From the NCBI GenBank assembly GCA_046760555.1, contig JBHIEI010000012.1:1-31283 (forward strand): a DNA stretch of 31,283 nucleotides, given 5' to 3'. Source of the DNA: Candidatus Bathyarchaeia archaeon. GTDB taxonomy: Archaea > Thermoproteota > Bathyarchaeia > JBHIEI01. The stretch's first letter is position 1. The number at the start of each line of letters is the position of its first letter. Below the pieces are notes generated by a model that was not told the DNA's origin, did no database searches, and saw only the letters and a list, made by a program, of their open reading frames with translations. This document shows, piece by piece, positions 8,102 through 15,854 of this stretch. Position numbers and translations under genes: made by a program.

Positions 8102-9025
8102 CTAGTATTTTACGAAGAACCTACCAAACAGCTTGGAGAGATACCGCTTGAATCCCACCGCCTTCTTTAAATCATCGAGATAGTCCTCGGGTGTCCTTGA
8201 CTGATATTTCAGGATTCTCTGCGATTCAGCGGTATCATACCAGTCAGTGTAGTAGGGCTTTGTTGTGAACTTCTCGCGAGGTGGAGGAGGAAGCCCAAAA
8301 CCGTCCGACAGGATCATCCTTATCTGCTCGTAAAAGGTCATTCGCCATGGCTCCCCTCCGGCGATGATGAAGATTTTACCCTCCCCCTCTTTGGAGAGCA
8401 TTGCGTTGATGCACGCTGTGGCGACATCTTCAACGTGGACGTACTCTACCCTTTGATCGGCGGGGATCTGATACATGAGGCTTATGTCCTCACCTATGAC
8501 GATCGTCGGGGACATAACCCCTGATAATCGAAGGATCACGTACCGCACGCCCGACCTCTTTATTAAGCGCTCGCACTCGATCTTGTGGCTGGTATAGTGA
8601 TCGGTCGCGGTGATGGGGTGGTCTACTCGGATCGGTGGCTTTTCGTCAGCGGTGGAGCCAAAGATCGAAATGGAGGAGGGATAGACCAACTTTACATCGC
8701 GCTCCTCCTCTTTGATCGCCCTCAACACGTTCTTAGTTCCTCCTACGCTGATCTTCTCTGCCAGTTCGGGGTTTTTCTCGGATCCGGGTGGAATGATGTC
8801 GGCTAGGTGAAAGACGCCATCCACGCCCTTGATCGCCGTCTTAACGTCTGACAATTCTGTAACGTCTCCCCACACGGGCACTACCCTCTCCAGACGAGTG
8901 GCGACCCTCTTGGCTCTGTCACTGGGGCGATTGAAAAATCGCACCGAATGCCCATCTTGAAGCAAACGTCTACAGAGGACAGATCCTATCGTTCCAGCTG
9001 CTCCAGTTACCGCCAAATCTAACAA
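8102..9025 (-). CDS. NAD(P)-dependent epimerase/dehydratase family protein (SDR-type Rossmann fold)
   Basis: 307 aa with N-terminal VTGAAGTIGSVLCRRLL (GxxGxxG) and a YxxxK-type region (YTSHKIECE). Confidence 0.8.
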   Translation of the reverse strand: MLDLAVTGAAGTIGSVLCRRLLQDGHSVRFFNRPSDRAKRVATRLERVVPVWGDVTELSDVKTAIKGVDGVFHLADIIPPGSEKNPELAEKISVGGTKNVLRAIKEEERDVKLVYPSSISIFGSTADEKPPIRVDHPITATDHYTSHKIECERLIKRSGVRYVILRLSGVMSPTIVIGEDISLMYQIPADQRVEYVHVEDVATACINAMLSKEGEGKIFIIAGGEPWRMTFYEQIRMILSDGFGLPPPPREKFTTKPYYTDWYDTAESQRILKYQSRTPEDYLDDLKKAVGFKRYLSKLFGRFFVKY

Positions 9026-9115
9026 CCCTACCTCCTTGGAATCAGGTTACCGATCAAGCTTAATTAACGAAATGATTTCATGGAAGACTCGATTTCCTTT
9101 GCCGATGAGAAAAGT

Positions 9116-9127
9116 TTGTTTATTTAA
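9116..9127 (+). promoter_or_regulatory. Putative TATA box for tRNA-Leu
   Basis: tttatttaaggg lies about 20-25 nt upstream of the tRNA start. Confidence 0.3.
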
Positions 9128-9143
9128 GGGAGAACTTGGTTCT

Positions 9144-9226
9144 GCGGGAGTACCCAAGCGGTCTAAGGGGGTGGACTTAGGCTCCACTGGCTGAGGCCTT
9201 CGTGGGTTCGAATCCCACCTCCCGCA
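9144..9226 (+). tRNA. tRNA-Leu (anticodon TAG)
   Basis: Acceptor GCGGGAG pairs with CTCCCGC. Anticodon arm is GTGGA-CTTAGGC-TCCAC. There is a long variable arm (TGGCTGAGGCCTTC), the T-arm is GTGGG-TTCGAAT-CCCAC, and the discriminator is A. Confidence 0.9.
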
Positions 9227-9317
9227 CATACATGGAGATTGAGTCAAGCTGTCCTTCTTCACGAAAAGTTTCGGCACAGTGTACAAAGCAAAAGAGTCAT
9301 GCTCCCTCCAATAAGGG

Positions 9318-9485
9318 CTACCAGTCCCGCTTGGGTCTGAAGCGCCAACGAAAGTATCTGTAAAATATGTACGCTAGGACGGCCACGACTATTAATGGCA
9401 GAAGAACACGAAGGATCCAAAAAAGAGCTATGGCCAGAGCGAGAGCCAGTAAGATGAACACGACATCCTTGGCGGTGAATTGCAT
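9318..9485 (-). CDS. Possible 55-aa small hydrophobic membrane protein, not in the supplied ORF track
   Basis: The ATG-initiated ORF reads MQFTAKDVVFILLALALAIALFWILRVLLPLIVVAVLAYIFYRYFRWRFRPKRDW. It has one or two predicted transmembrane helices and a basic C-terminus. Confidence 0.25.
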   Translation of the reverse strand: MQFTAKDVVFILLALALAIALFWILRVLLPLIVVAVLAYIFYRYFRWRFRPKRDW

Positions 9486-9596
9486 GCCAAACACAATCGG
9501 TCGACTTTCCCAGATTTAGTTTACTCCTTTTCTCCGCCTAGGGCTTCCAACTGCTGAACTTAACAATGGCTAAGATGTACACTTGTTTACATAGAC

Positions 9597-9836
9597 CTAC
9601 ATACCCATTGTCTTAGAGCGTTGTAGGCTCCGAGGATCAGATAGTAGGACCAAGGAAACACTTCTTTTGATTTTCAGTCTCCTTAGTTCATCAGCAGAAA
9701 AATGAGAGATGCGGCAAAGGCGAAAGAAGGTCGAACCAAGTACGCCGAGTTTGACATGGAGGTTTTTAGCGATCACGACCTCGATAGCCGTCGCGAAGGG
9801 CAGGTCCGTGACGTCGCTCCCTACAGCGTTGACCAA
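9597..9836 (-). CDS. Hypothetical protein (TTG start; the frame stays open upstream, so the true start is uncertain)
   Basis: 79-aa ORF with protein-like composition (EVVIAKNLHVKLGVLG...ADELRRLKIKR) and no family recognised. Confidence 0.2.
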   Translation of the reverse strand: MVNAVGSDVTDLPFATAIEVVIAKNLHVKLGVLGSTFFRLCRISHFSADELRRLKIKRSVSLVLLSDPRSLQRSKTMGM

Positions 9837-10305
9837 GGATATGTCCCCCTCTCTCTTGCGTGTTGCCTGTAAAGAGACGACGAGCTCTGGCCAGCTCGTT
9901 CCTATGACGAACTGGTCGACATTCAGAAGTTAGCTAGATCGATGGCGTAGCCTACCAAAAGCCGAGGCAAAATCACTTAGGACATGCCAGCAACTAGATG
10001 GAGTAGATCGAATGGAGGATGCTGTTTCCGCCAACAGATTCGAAAATAAAATCGGCTGGTTTAACATATGTTTTAAGCATGGCACGGATTTTCCATTTGA
10101 AGGCTGATACTTCAAGTAAGAGTAGGATTAAATACTCTGTTTTAAAATCCCAAACGTGATCGTGCCCCGTACACCTCAACTAGATATACTGAAGGGGTTT
10201 CAGAACTGAGATACAGAGGAATATTAAAAATGAAATGAGTGTCCTTTATGTTATTAGGTAAGAAACAAATAAGAGTAGGATGTACCAATCAAAAAATTGG
10301 GTTGA

Positions 10306-11406
10306 TTGAATGGGTTGAAATTGTATAAAACCTATAAAAAAGCTGGAGTTGATACCAAGGGAGAAGAAATTGCGTTGAAACGAATTATTGAGATATGCCA
10401 TAGTACGTATGGGCTCAGAAGATCTAAAATAGGAGAATCGGTGCTTCCGATCAAACACTTCGCAGGTATAGTGAAAATAACACCGGAGCTAGGTATTGCT
10501 ATAAAAACAGATGGGGTTGGCACAAAGGTATTGATAGCACAGATGATGGATGAATATGACACCATAGGCATCGACTGCATTGCCATGAATGTGAATGACA
10601 TTATTTGTGTTGGCGCTGAACCGACGACATTTGTAGATTACATAGCCATAGAAAGAGTCGACGCAGAAATGTTGGAGGAGATAGCTAAGGGTCTCGCCAG
10701 AGGGGCGGAGATGGCTAAGGTTGCAATAGTGGGGGGCGAGATAGCCCAACTGCCTGAAATAATTCGGGGAAAAGGAACGGGCAAGGGATTGGACCTTTCA
10801 GGTGCATGTATTGGAGCGGTGTCACTGGACAAGATCGTCAAGGGGGACGACCTCAAGGAGGGCGACGTCGTGTTGGGCCTGAGGAGCTCGGGAATCCATA
10901 GCAACGGGTTGACCCTTGCTAGGAAGGTGTTGCTAAAAGATGCAGATCTCAAAATAGATGCGTATATCGACAAATTGGATAGAACTCTGGGTGAGGAGTT
11001 GCTTGAGCCAACTCACATCTACGTGCCTGAGGTCCTAAGGATGCTCGAAGAGGGCTTAGATGTCAAGGTTTTGGCACACATAACCGGCGACGGTCTACTT
11101 AACTTGAACAGGGTGGCTGAGGGCTTTGGCTACGTCATCGAGGATCTGCCTAAACCTCAACCAATTTTCGAATTGATACAGGAGTATGGCGGAATCGCCG
11201 ATGAGGAGATGTACAGGGTGTTCAACATGGGTGTGGGCTTTTGTGTGGTGTTGCCAAGGGAGGAGATCGACGACGCCTGCCAGATAGCCGATAAGCATAA
11301 GGTCGAGAGCTTTGTAATGGGCTACGCCACTAAAGACCCTCTAGAAAGAGTGGTTCTAAAACCAGTGGGCTTAGAAAGAACTGGCGTGAAATTTAGGAAG
11401 TTATAA
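10306..11406 (+). CDS. purM: Phosphoribosylformylglycinamidine cyclo-ligase (AIR synthase)
   Basis: 366 aa carrying YKKAGVD, DGVGTK, GIDCIAMNVNDIICVGAEP, VGGEIAQLPE and RSSGIHSNGLTLARK, all colinear with E. coli PurM. The first ~300 bp are markedly AT-rich. Confidence 0.8.
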   Translation: MNGLKLYKTYKKAGVDTKGEEIALKRIIEICHSTYGLRRSKIGESVLPIKHFAGIVKITPELGIAIKTDGVGTKVLIAQMMDEYDTIGIDCIAMNVNDIICVGAEPTTFVDYIAIERVDAEMLEEIAKGLARGAEMAKVAIVGGEIAQLPEIIRGKGTGKGLDLSGACIGAVSLDKIVKGDDLKEGDVVLGLRSSGIHSNGLTLARKVLLKDADLKIDAYIDKLDRTLGEELLEPTHIYVPEVLRMLEEGLDVKVLAHITGDGLLNLNRVAEGFGYVIEDLPKPQPIFELIQEYGGIADEEMYRVFNMGVGFCVVLPREEIDDACQIADKHKVESFVMGYATKDPLERVVLKPVGLERTGVKFRKL

Positions 11407-11464
11407 AAGACCGGCCGTAACAATGGTCGCTGCATTCCAGATCATTCCATTCGGTGTCATGGAC

Positions 11465-11771
11465 GCCGTTCCGATTTTAATGATCGGCAAAACCCTTGAG
11501 AAAGATGCATAGATATTGGAAAAAGGCCGCCGAAGAGATCAGAGTCGTCTTTCACACACCTATGCGGGACGCGTTTTTTGAGGCTGACAGTTCAAAAGAT
11601 TAAGTCTTCAAAATTGCTCGAAATGCCAAGAGAAACCAGAATCAGCGTTCTCAAAAGTGGTGACGCAATTCTGGCATAGAACAAAATCGGGAAGTTACCG
11701 GGTAAATAGAGGGGTAGGTTACGGGGTTGTTTGCCGGAAAGAAACCCGAAATTTGGTTTTCGTGCCCCCGG
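11465..11771. repeat. Diverged direct repeat R, copy 1 (about 300 bp), ending in the core GTGCCCCCGG
   Basis: Alignable over its full length with 19212-19512 at roughly 70-75% identity (blocks gatgatcggcaaaac, gtctgacag, aaaatcgggaagtt, aaacccgaaatt..ggttttcgtgcccc.gg). Its 5-prime part encodes the C-terminal remnant ...AFQIIPFGVMDAVPILMIGKTLEKDA* of a paralog of the 16476-16862 membrane protein. Confidence 0.8.
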
Positions 11772-11863
11772 CTAGTTCGCCCATCGCATTCGCACTCTTG
11801 ATTCCGTTTTGTCATAAACGTGCGAGTCAAACTAAAGCTAGAGAGAGATTCGAACATGGATCA
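11762..11863. repeat. Repeat X, copy 1 (about 100 bp noncoding), beginning at the same GTGCCCC-N-GG core
   Basis: About 90% identical to 16116-16218 (gtgcccc.ggctagttcgccc.tcgcatt.gcactcttgattccgttttg.cataaacgtg.gagt.aactaaagc.agagag..agattcgaacatggatca). Flanks are unrelated. Confidence 0.8.
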
Positions 11864-12207
11864 CCGCTTTCGCCATCGCTTTCAAAGCGTGCTCTTGCCT
11901 TTGATGTAGAGTTACTGTTTGAAACCCAGTGAAGTTCCTTGATCATCTCGAATCGCAGCGGCTTGAACTTCAAACTTCTCAACGGAGCATCTTCACCATG
12001 CATGAAGAGGGAGCATTTGACACGTTGCGTCTCAGAGAGTTGGGTACATCCATCCAATCAGCATAGTTGCTATTTTGCTGATACATCCGCATAGGCCTTC
12101 GGGGCTGGATGGGACGAGGGGTTACTCAACGTGGTAGATCAGTGTGGAGGGGAGAAATTGCTCTGAGAGAACATGGCACTTGGTGATGGGGTGGTAGGTA
12201 TGATCTC

Positions 12208-12639
12208 TTAATCAGCTCCTTTTTCTTGAGCTAATTTTTCCACTAGTGGCACCATTGTATATTTAACCTGTTGGATTCCTCTCATCGCTCTGATTCTGCC
12301 TATGAAGTTTAACACCTTTTCAGCTTCCCCTTCCGTGATGAAAATCTCTAGGCAGTAAGCTTTCCCCAGATGGATATGCATATTTCCAGAAACTATATCA
12401 TCGTGCTCGTGTCTAAGCCGCATCAGTCGCTCATCTACATCGTGCCTTTCATGCTCTGATATGACAGTTAACGTCGCGGTTACTTTCCCTCTCTCGAACC
12501 TGGTCAATTCATACTCGGATAAGGCGTCTCTCACCGCATCTCTTATCGCCTCTGAACGACTCGAATAACCCCTTTTCCGCATGAATCCGTCCAGCTTCTC
12601 TAGGAGATCTCTTGTAAGGGAGATGCTAATAACGGGCAT
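12208..12639 (-). CDS. nikR: NikR-family nickel-responsive transcriptional regulator (ribbon-helix-helix plus C-terminal metal-binding domain)
   Basis: 143 aa with N-terminal RHH ISISLTRDLLEKLDGFMRKRGYSSRSEAIRDAVRDAL and a C-terminal His-rich HEHDDIVSGNMHIHLGK metal site. Confidence 0.8.
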   Translation of the reverse strand: MPVISISLTRDLLEKLDGFMRKRGYSSRSEAIRDAVRDALSEYELTRFERGKVTATLTVISEHERHDVDERLMRLRHEHDDIVSGNMHIHLGKAYCLEIFITEGEAEKVLNFIGRIRAMRGIQQVKYTMVPLVEKLAQEKGAD

Positions 12640-12640
12640 A

Positions 12641-12654
12641 ACTAATAAATTAGT
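12641..12654. promoter_or_regulatory. 14-bp palindrome ACTAATAAATTAGT in the AT-rich nikR / ATPase divergent intergenic region (candidate operator)
   Basis: A perfect 6-2-6 inverted repeat lies immediately upstream of the nikR start codon. A second quasi-palindrome ATAAAATTAATAAAATTTAT follows. Confidence 0.3.
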
Positions 12655-12727
12655 CCGATAAAATTAATAAAATTTATTTAGAATTCCTTACTTCTTAGCA
12701 CTAACTTAATAAAGTTCTACGAATGAA

Positions 12728-13006
12728 TTGAATATAACGGTGTTGAATGTGCAACAATTAGATCCGAAGAGACTTGGTTTGGCTGCTGGGATCTTTTGGG
12801 GAGTCTCGATGCTAGTGATGACCCTAGTTTCTGTGTATACTGGGTACGCGACTGCGTTTCTTAACGGTATGGCGAGCATCTATCCTGGCTATGCTATAAG
12901 TCTGACAGGGAGCTTGATTGGGCTAGTTTACGGGCTCCTAGATGGGTTCGTGGACCTCTACTTGGTTGCTTGGCTCTACAACTTTTTCGGAAAAAGGCGG
13001 CTTTAG
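12728..13006 (+). CDS. Small membrane protein (2-3 TM helices), first gene of the divergent operon with the P-type ATPase
   Basis: 92-aa hydrophobic ORF (GIFWGVSMLVMTLVSVYTGY...LIGLVYGLLDGFVDLYLVAWLYNFF) with no family recognised. Confidence 0.5.
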   Translation: MNITVLNVQQLDPKRLGLAAGIFWGVSMLVMTLVSVYTGYATAFLNGMASIYPGYAISLTGSLIGLVYGLLDGFVDLYLVAWLYNFFGKRRL

Positions 13007-13019
13007 TTCGACGGAAAAG

Positions 13020-15044
13020 ATGGGTTTAGGTATGCGTGAAAATCATACCGAGAAAGAGAGCTGCCCTGAATGCGATGCCGAAGTCTTGGAGGAAGAGGCC
13101 GACGGAAAGGACAGAAGAATAGCTCTAATAGTCCTCTCAGCTGGACTGCTTTCTACAGGATTAATTTTTGAGTTCGTTCTAAAGAAGCACTTACTAGCCC
13201 TGGTTCTATTCCTAGCTACCACCGGGATTTCTGGGTACACCATAGCGAAAGAGGGTGTCTCCTCGCTACTCCGAAAGCGGGTAAGCATAGACCTCCTCAT
13301 AACCATAGCTGCGATTGGTGCCTTTTTAATCGGACATGGGGAAGAAGGGGCTGCGGTGGTCTTCCTCTTCTATCTAGCCGAATATCTGGAGGGCCATGCC
13401 GCTGAAAGGGCGAGAAGGTCCATACACTCCCTAATGAAACTCGCCCCTGAGATAGCCGTTGTCAAGCGAAAGGGACGGGAAGAGAGAGTTCACGTTCATA
13501 GTGTCGATGTAAATGACACGGTCCTAGTCCGTCCGGGAGAAAAGATTCCACTAGACGGCATCGTGAAAAGGGGTGTTTCGAGCGTCAACCAAGCTCCAAT
13601 AACGGGCGAATCCATGCCCAAAACGAAACAAGTCGGCGACGAGGTTTATGCCGGGACCATCAACAACGAAGGTTTTCTTGAGATCAAAGTTACTAGACGA
13701 TCTGACCAAACCATGCTCAGTAAAATCGTGAAGCTTGTTGAGGAAGCCCAGGAGAAGAAATCGCCAACTGAAAGGTTCGTAGACAGATTTTCCAGGTATT
13801 ACACGCCCAGCGTCATGTTTCTAGCGGTGGGTGTGGCCATAATCCCCACCCTTTTACTTGGCATGCCTTTCAACGAGTGGTTCTACAAGGCGCTAGTTCT
13901 GCTGGTGGTTTCCTGCCCTTGCGCCCTAGCCATCTCTACACCTGTTGCCATGGTCTCGGCCGTAACAAGCGGTGCGAGAAATGGAGTTCTGATAAAAGGC
14001 AGTAATTACGTGGAGGAGATCAGCAGGATAAAGGTTTTCGCATTCGACAAAACGGGAACGTTAACTGAGGGCAAACTAGAAGTGACCGACATCACATCTT
14101 TTGGCCATCCCAAAAAAGAGATCTTGCTTAAAGCGGCTTCTCTGGAGGCATTATCTGAACACCCCATTGCTAGGGCGATAGTTGAGAAGGCTGAAGGGGA
14201 AGGGGTGAAGTTGAAGCCTGTTAACAACTTCAGAGCTGTTGTCGGCAAGGGTGTGATGGGGGAGATTGAAGGGGAGGCGCACTACGTGGGTAGCGGGAGA
14301 ATGTTTAGAGAATTGTCCATTGATTTTCCAGAAGGTCAGACCGAGAAGCTTGAGAATGAGGGAAAGACAGTGATCTTTGTTGGAAGTGAAAAGAAAGTTA
14401 TCGGGCTAATCGCGGTTATGGACAAGATCAGAGATGCCACCGTCCAAACCATGGCTGAACTCGAAAAGAAGGGGATAAGAAAAGAAATGATAACCGGAGA
14501 CAACGAGAGGACGGCAAGGGCGATAGCGAAAAAGATAGGCATGGATGAGTATCATGCGGAATTATTCCCGGATGATAAGGTGAGCATGATCGGGGAGCAC
14601 CTCGCAAAGGATTATGGGCATGTCGCTATGGTGGGAGATGGTGTAAACGATGCCCCGGCCTTGGCTAGAGCAAGTGTAGGCATAGCCATGGGCGCGATCG
14701 GCAGTGATGTTTCCTTAGAAACGGCCGACATAGCCTTGATGCAAGACGACCTTTCCAAGTTGCCATATCTAATTGAATTAAGCAAGAAGACCCTTGAAAT
14801 CGTGAAAGAAAACGTTTTGGCGTCTATCTTGATTAAGGGAAGCTTTGCCATTCTTGTGTTCCCAGGCCTCGTAACCTTGTGGCTTGCTGTAGCGATCGGA
14901 GATATGGGTTTGTCTTTAGCTGTGATACTCAACGCCATGCGCTTGTCAGGGCTAAAATCTGGATCCGCCTGTGAGGAGTACAAGAAACGTAGCATGTTTT
15001 CTCAAAGAACCAGAAGTGGCTTAAAAAATAGACCAGTGTTCTGA
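13020..15044 (+). CDS. Heavy-metal translocating P1B-type ATPase, subtype resembling P1B-2 (Zn/Cd/Pb), lacking a classical N-terminal HMA domain
   Basis: Motifs present: TM6 CPC (SCPCALAIS), DKTGTLT phosphorylation site, HP (SEHPIA), GDGVNDAPAL. TM7 has N...K (ENVLASILIKG) and TM8 has D.G (AIGDMGLSLAVILNAMR), which is characteristic of Zn/Cd-type rather than Cu-type pumps. The N-terminus has only CPECDAE. I call the start at ATG 13020 because the track start at 12942 overlaps the upstream gene. Confidence 0.85.
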   Translation: MGLGMRENHTEKESCPECDAEVLEEEADGKDRRIALIVLSAGLLSTGLIFEFVLKKHLLALVLFLATTGISGYTIAKEGVSSLLRKRVSIDLLITIAAIGAFLIGHGEEGAAVVFLFYLAEYLEGHAAERARRSIHSLMKLAPEIAVVKRKGREERVHVHSVDVNDTVLVRPGEKIPLDGIVKRGVSSVNQAPITGESMPKTKQVGDEVYAGTINNEGFLEIKVTRRSDQTMLSKIVKLVEEAQEKKSPTERFVDRFSRYYTPSVMFLAVGVAIIPTLLLGMPFNEWFYKALVLLVVSCPCALAISTPVAMVSAVTSGARNGVLIKGSNYVEEISRIKVFAFDKTGTLTEGKLEVTDITSFGHPKKEILLKAASLEALSEHPIARAIVEKAEGEGVKLKPVNNFRAVVGKGVMGEIEGEAHYVGSGRMFRELSIDFPEGQTEKLENEGKTVIFVGSEKKVIGLIAVMDKIRDATVQTMAELEKKGIRKEMITGDNERTARAIAKKIGMDEYHAELFPDDKVSMIGEHLAKDYGHVAMVGDGVNDAPALARASVGIAMGAIGSDVSLETADIALMQDDLSKLPYLIELSKKTLEIVKENVLASILIKGSFAILVFPGLVTLWLAVAIGDMGLSLAVILNAMRLSGLKSGSACEEYKKRSMFSQRTRSGLKNRPVF

Positions 15045-15060
15045 TTTCTATCCATGCATA

Positions 15061-15105
15061 AAAAATCAGCCTGGAATTCTGAGCAAAATCAAAATCGGGA
15101 GATTG
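15061..15105. repeat. Partial copy of repeat R (aaaaatcagcctggaattctgagcaaaatcaaaatcgggag)
   Basis: About 85% identical to 19393-19438 and weaker to 11640-11695. It lies directly after the ATPase stop codon. Confidence 0.6.
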
Positions 15106-15189
15106 CCAGTAAATAGCCATGCTTCAAGCGTACTCAGATACGAAAATGGTAATTTTATAGAATGGTGATTTTTCTTATTATGGTATTTC

Positions 15190-15426
15190 TTGCATCAAGT
15201 GGAAATCAAGGAGATTGACGAGCAGGGGAGGATCGTCATCCCTAAGGCTTGGCGTAGCAAGCACCTGAAGAGTAAAAGGTTAGTGATGAAGCTGAAGGAG
15301 GGAGCTATTGAGATAATACCTTACAGCACCGTCGACCTAACCGATTTCTTCGATAAGATCGAAGTGGATGTGAGGAGCGATCTAGGCGACTGGCACGGCC
15401 TCCGAAAAGAGCTGAGGAAGCTTTGA
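15190..15426 (+). CDS. vapB: VapB-type antitoxin (AbrB/SpoVT/MazE swapped-hairpin fold)
   Basis: 78 aa with EIDEQGRIVIPKAWR. It has a TTG start and its stop overlaps the start of the downstream PIN gene by 4 nt. Confidence 0.65.
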   Translation: MHQVEIKEIDEQGRIVIPKAWRSKHLKSKRLVMKLKEGAIEIIPYSTVDLTDFFDKIEVDVRSDLGDWHGLRKELRKL

Positions 15427-15854
15427 CACCCCCCGAGAGATTTATCGATGTAAGCGTGTTCGTTCACGCCTACCTAAAGCCGAAGAGGCCTCTAAAACCG
15501 TTGGAGGCACAGATAAAGGACGCAGCAAAGAAGATCATTATTAGGATCAATAATGGCGAACGGGTCATAACCTCTGTGGTTCATTTTGGCGAGATATCGA
15601 ACATCCTTGAGGATCACCTACCTTTGACGGATGCCCTCAGCATCGAAAGAGCACTATGCTTAAGAGAAAACATCACTGTTGAAGGGGTTTCACATGAAGA
15701 CTACATCTCAGCTCTGGACGAAGCCGAAAGGCATAGGGTAGGTGTCAACGATGCCTTGGCCTATGTGGTGATGAAGAAACACGGGCTATCTGAAATCTAT
15801 TCATTCGATAAAGACTTCGACAAATTCGAAGACGCGAAGAGGCTTCGGGCGTGA
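15423..15854 (+). CDS. vapC: VapC-type PIN-domain toxin ribonuclease
   Basis: 143 aa with the conserved PIN acidic residues (FIDVSVF, FGEISN, VNDALAY, SFDKDFD). Confidence 0.7.
   Translation: MTPPERFIDVSVFVHAYLKPKRPLKPLEAQIKDAAKKIIIRINNGERVITSVVHFGEISNILEDHLPLTDALSIERALCLRENITVEGVSHEDYISALDEAERHRVGVNDALAYVVMKKHGLSEIYSFDKDFDKFEDAKRLRA

Noticed and set aside
9047-9286. 79-aa ORF on the minus strand
   Set aside because: It overlaps tRNA-Leu(TAG) completely and is an artefact of the tRNA sequence.
10246-10973. Minus-strand ORFs 10246-10458, 10332-10601, 10489-10749, 10638-10973
   Set aside because: They are antisense to purM. Their length is inflated by the AT-rich, stop-poor reverse frames.
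11762-11870. Possibility that repeat X is itself a tRNA or a C/D-box sRNA
   Set aside because: I could not fold a cloverleaf, since there is no 5-prime acceptor complement and no T-arm. I found no RUGAUGA or CUGA box pair. It remains a candidate ncRNA or att arm only.
11651-12057. ORFs 11651-11857(-), 11657-11932(+), 11827-12057(-) between purM and nikR
   Set aside because: They overlap repeats R and X and have no protein-like motifs. The region is noncoding repeat sequence, possibly followed by a decayed gene.
13043-14995. Several minus-strand ORFs (13043-13306, 14006-14248, 14336-14542, 14612-14995) inside the P-type ATPase
   Set aside because: They are antisense to a CDS carrying all P1B signature motifs.
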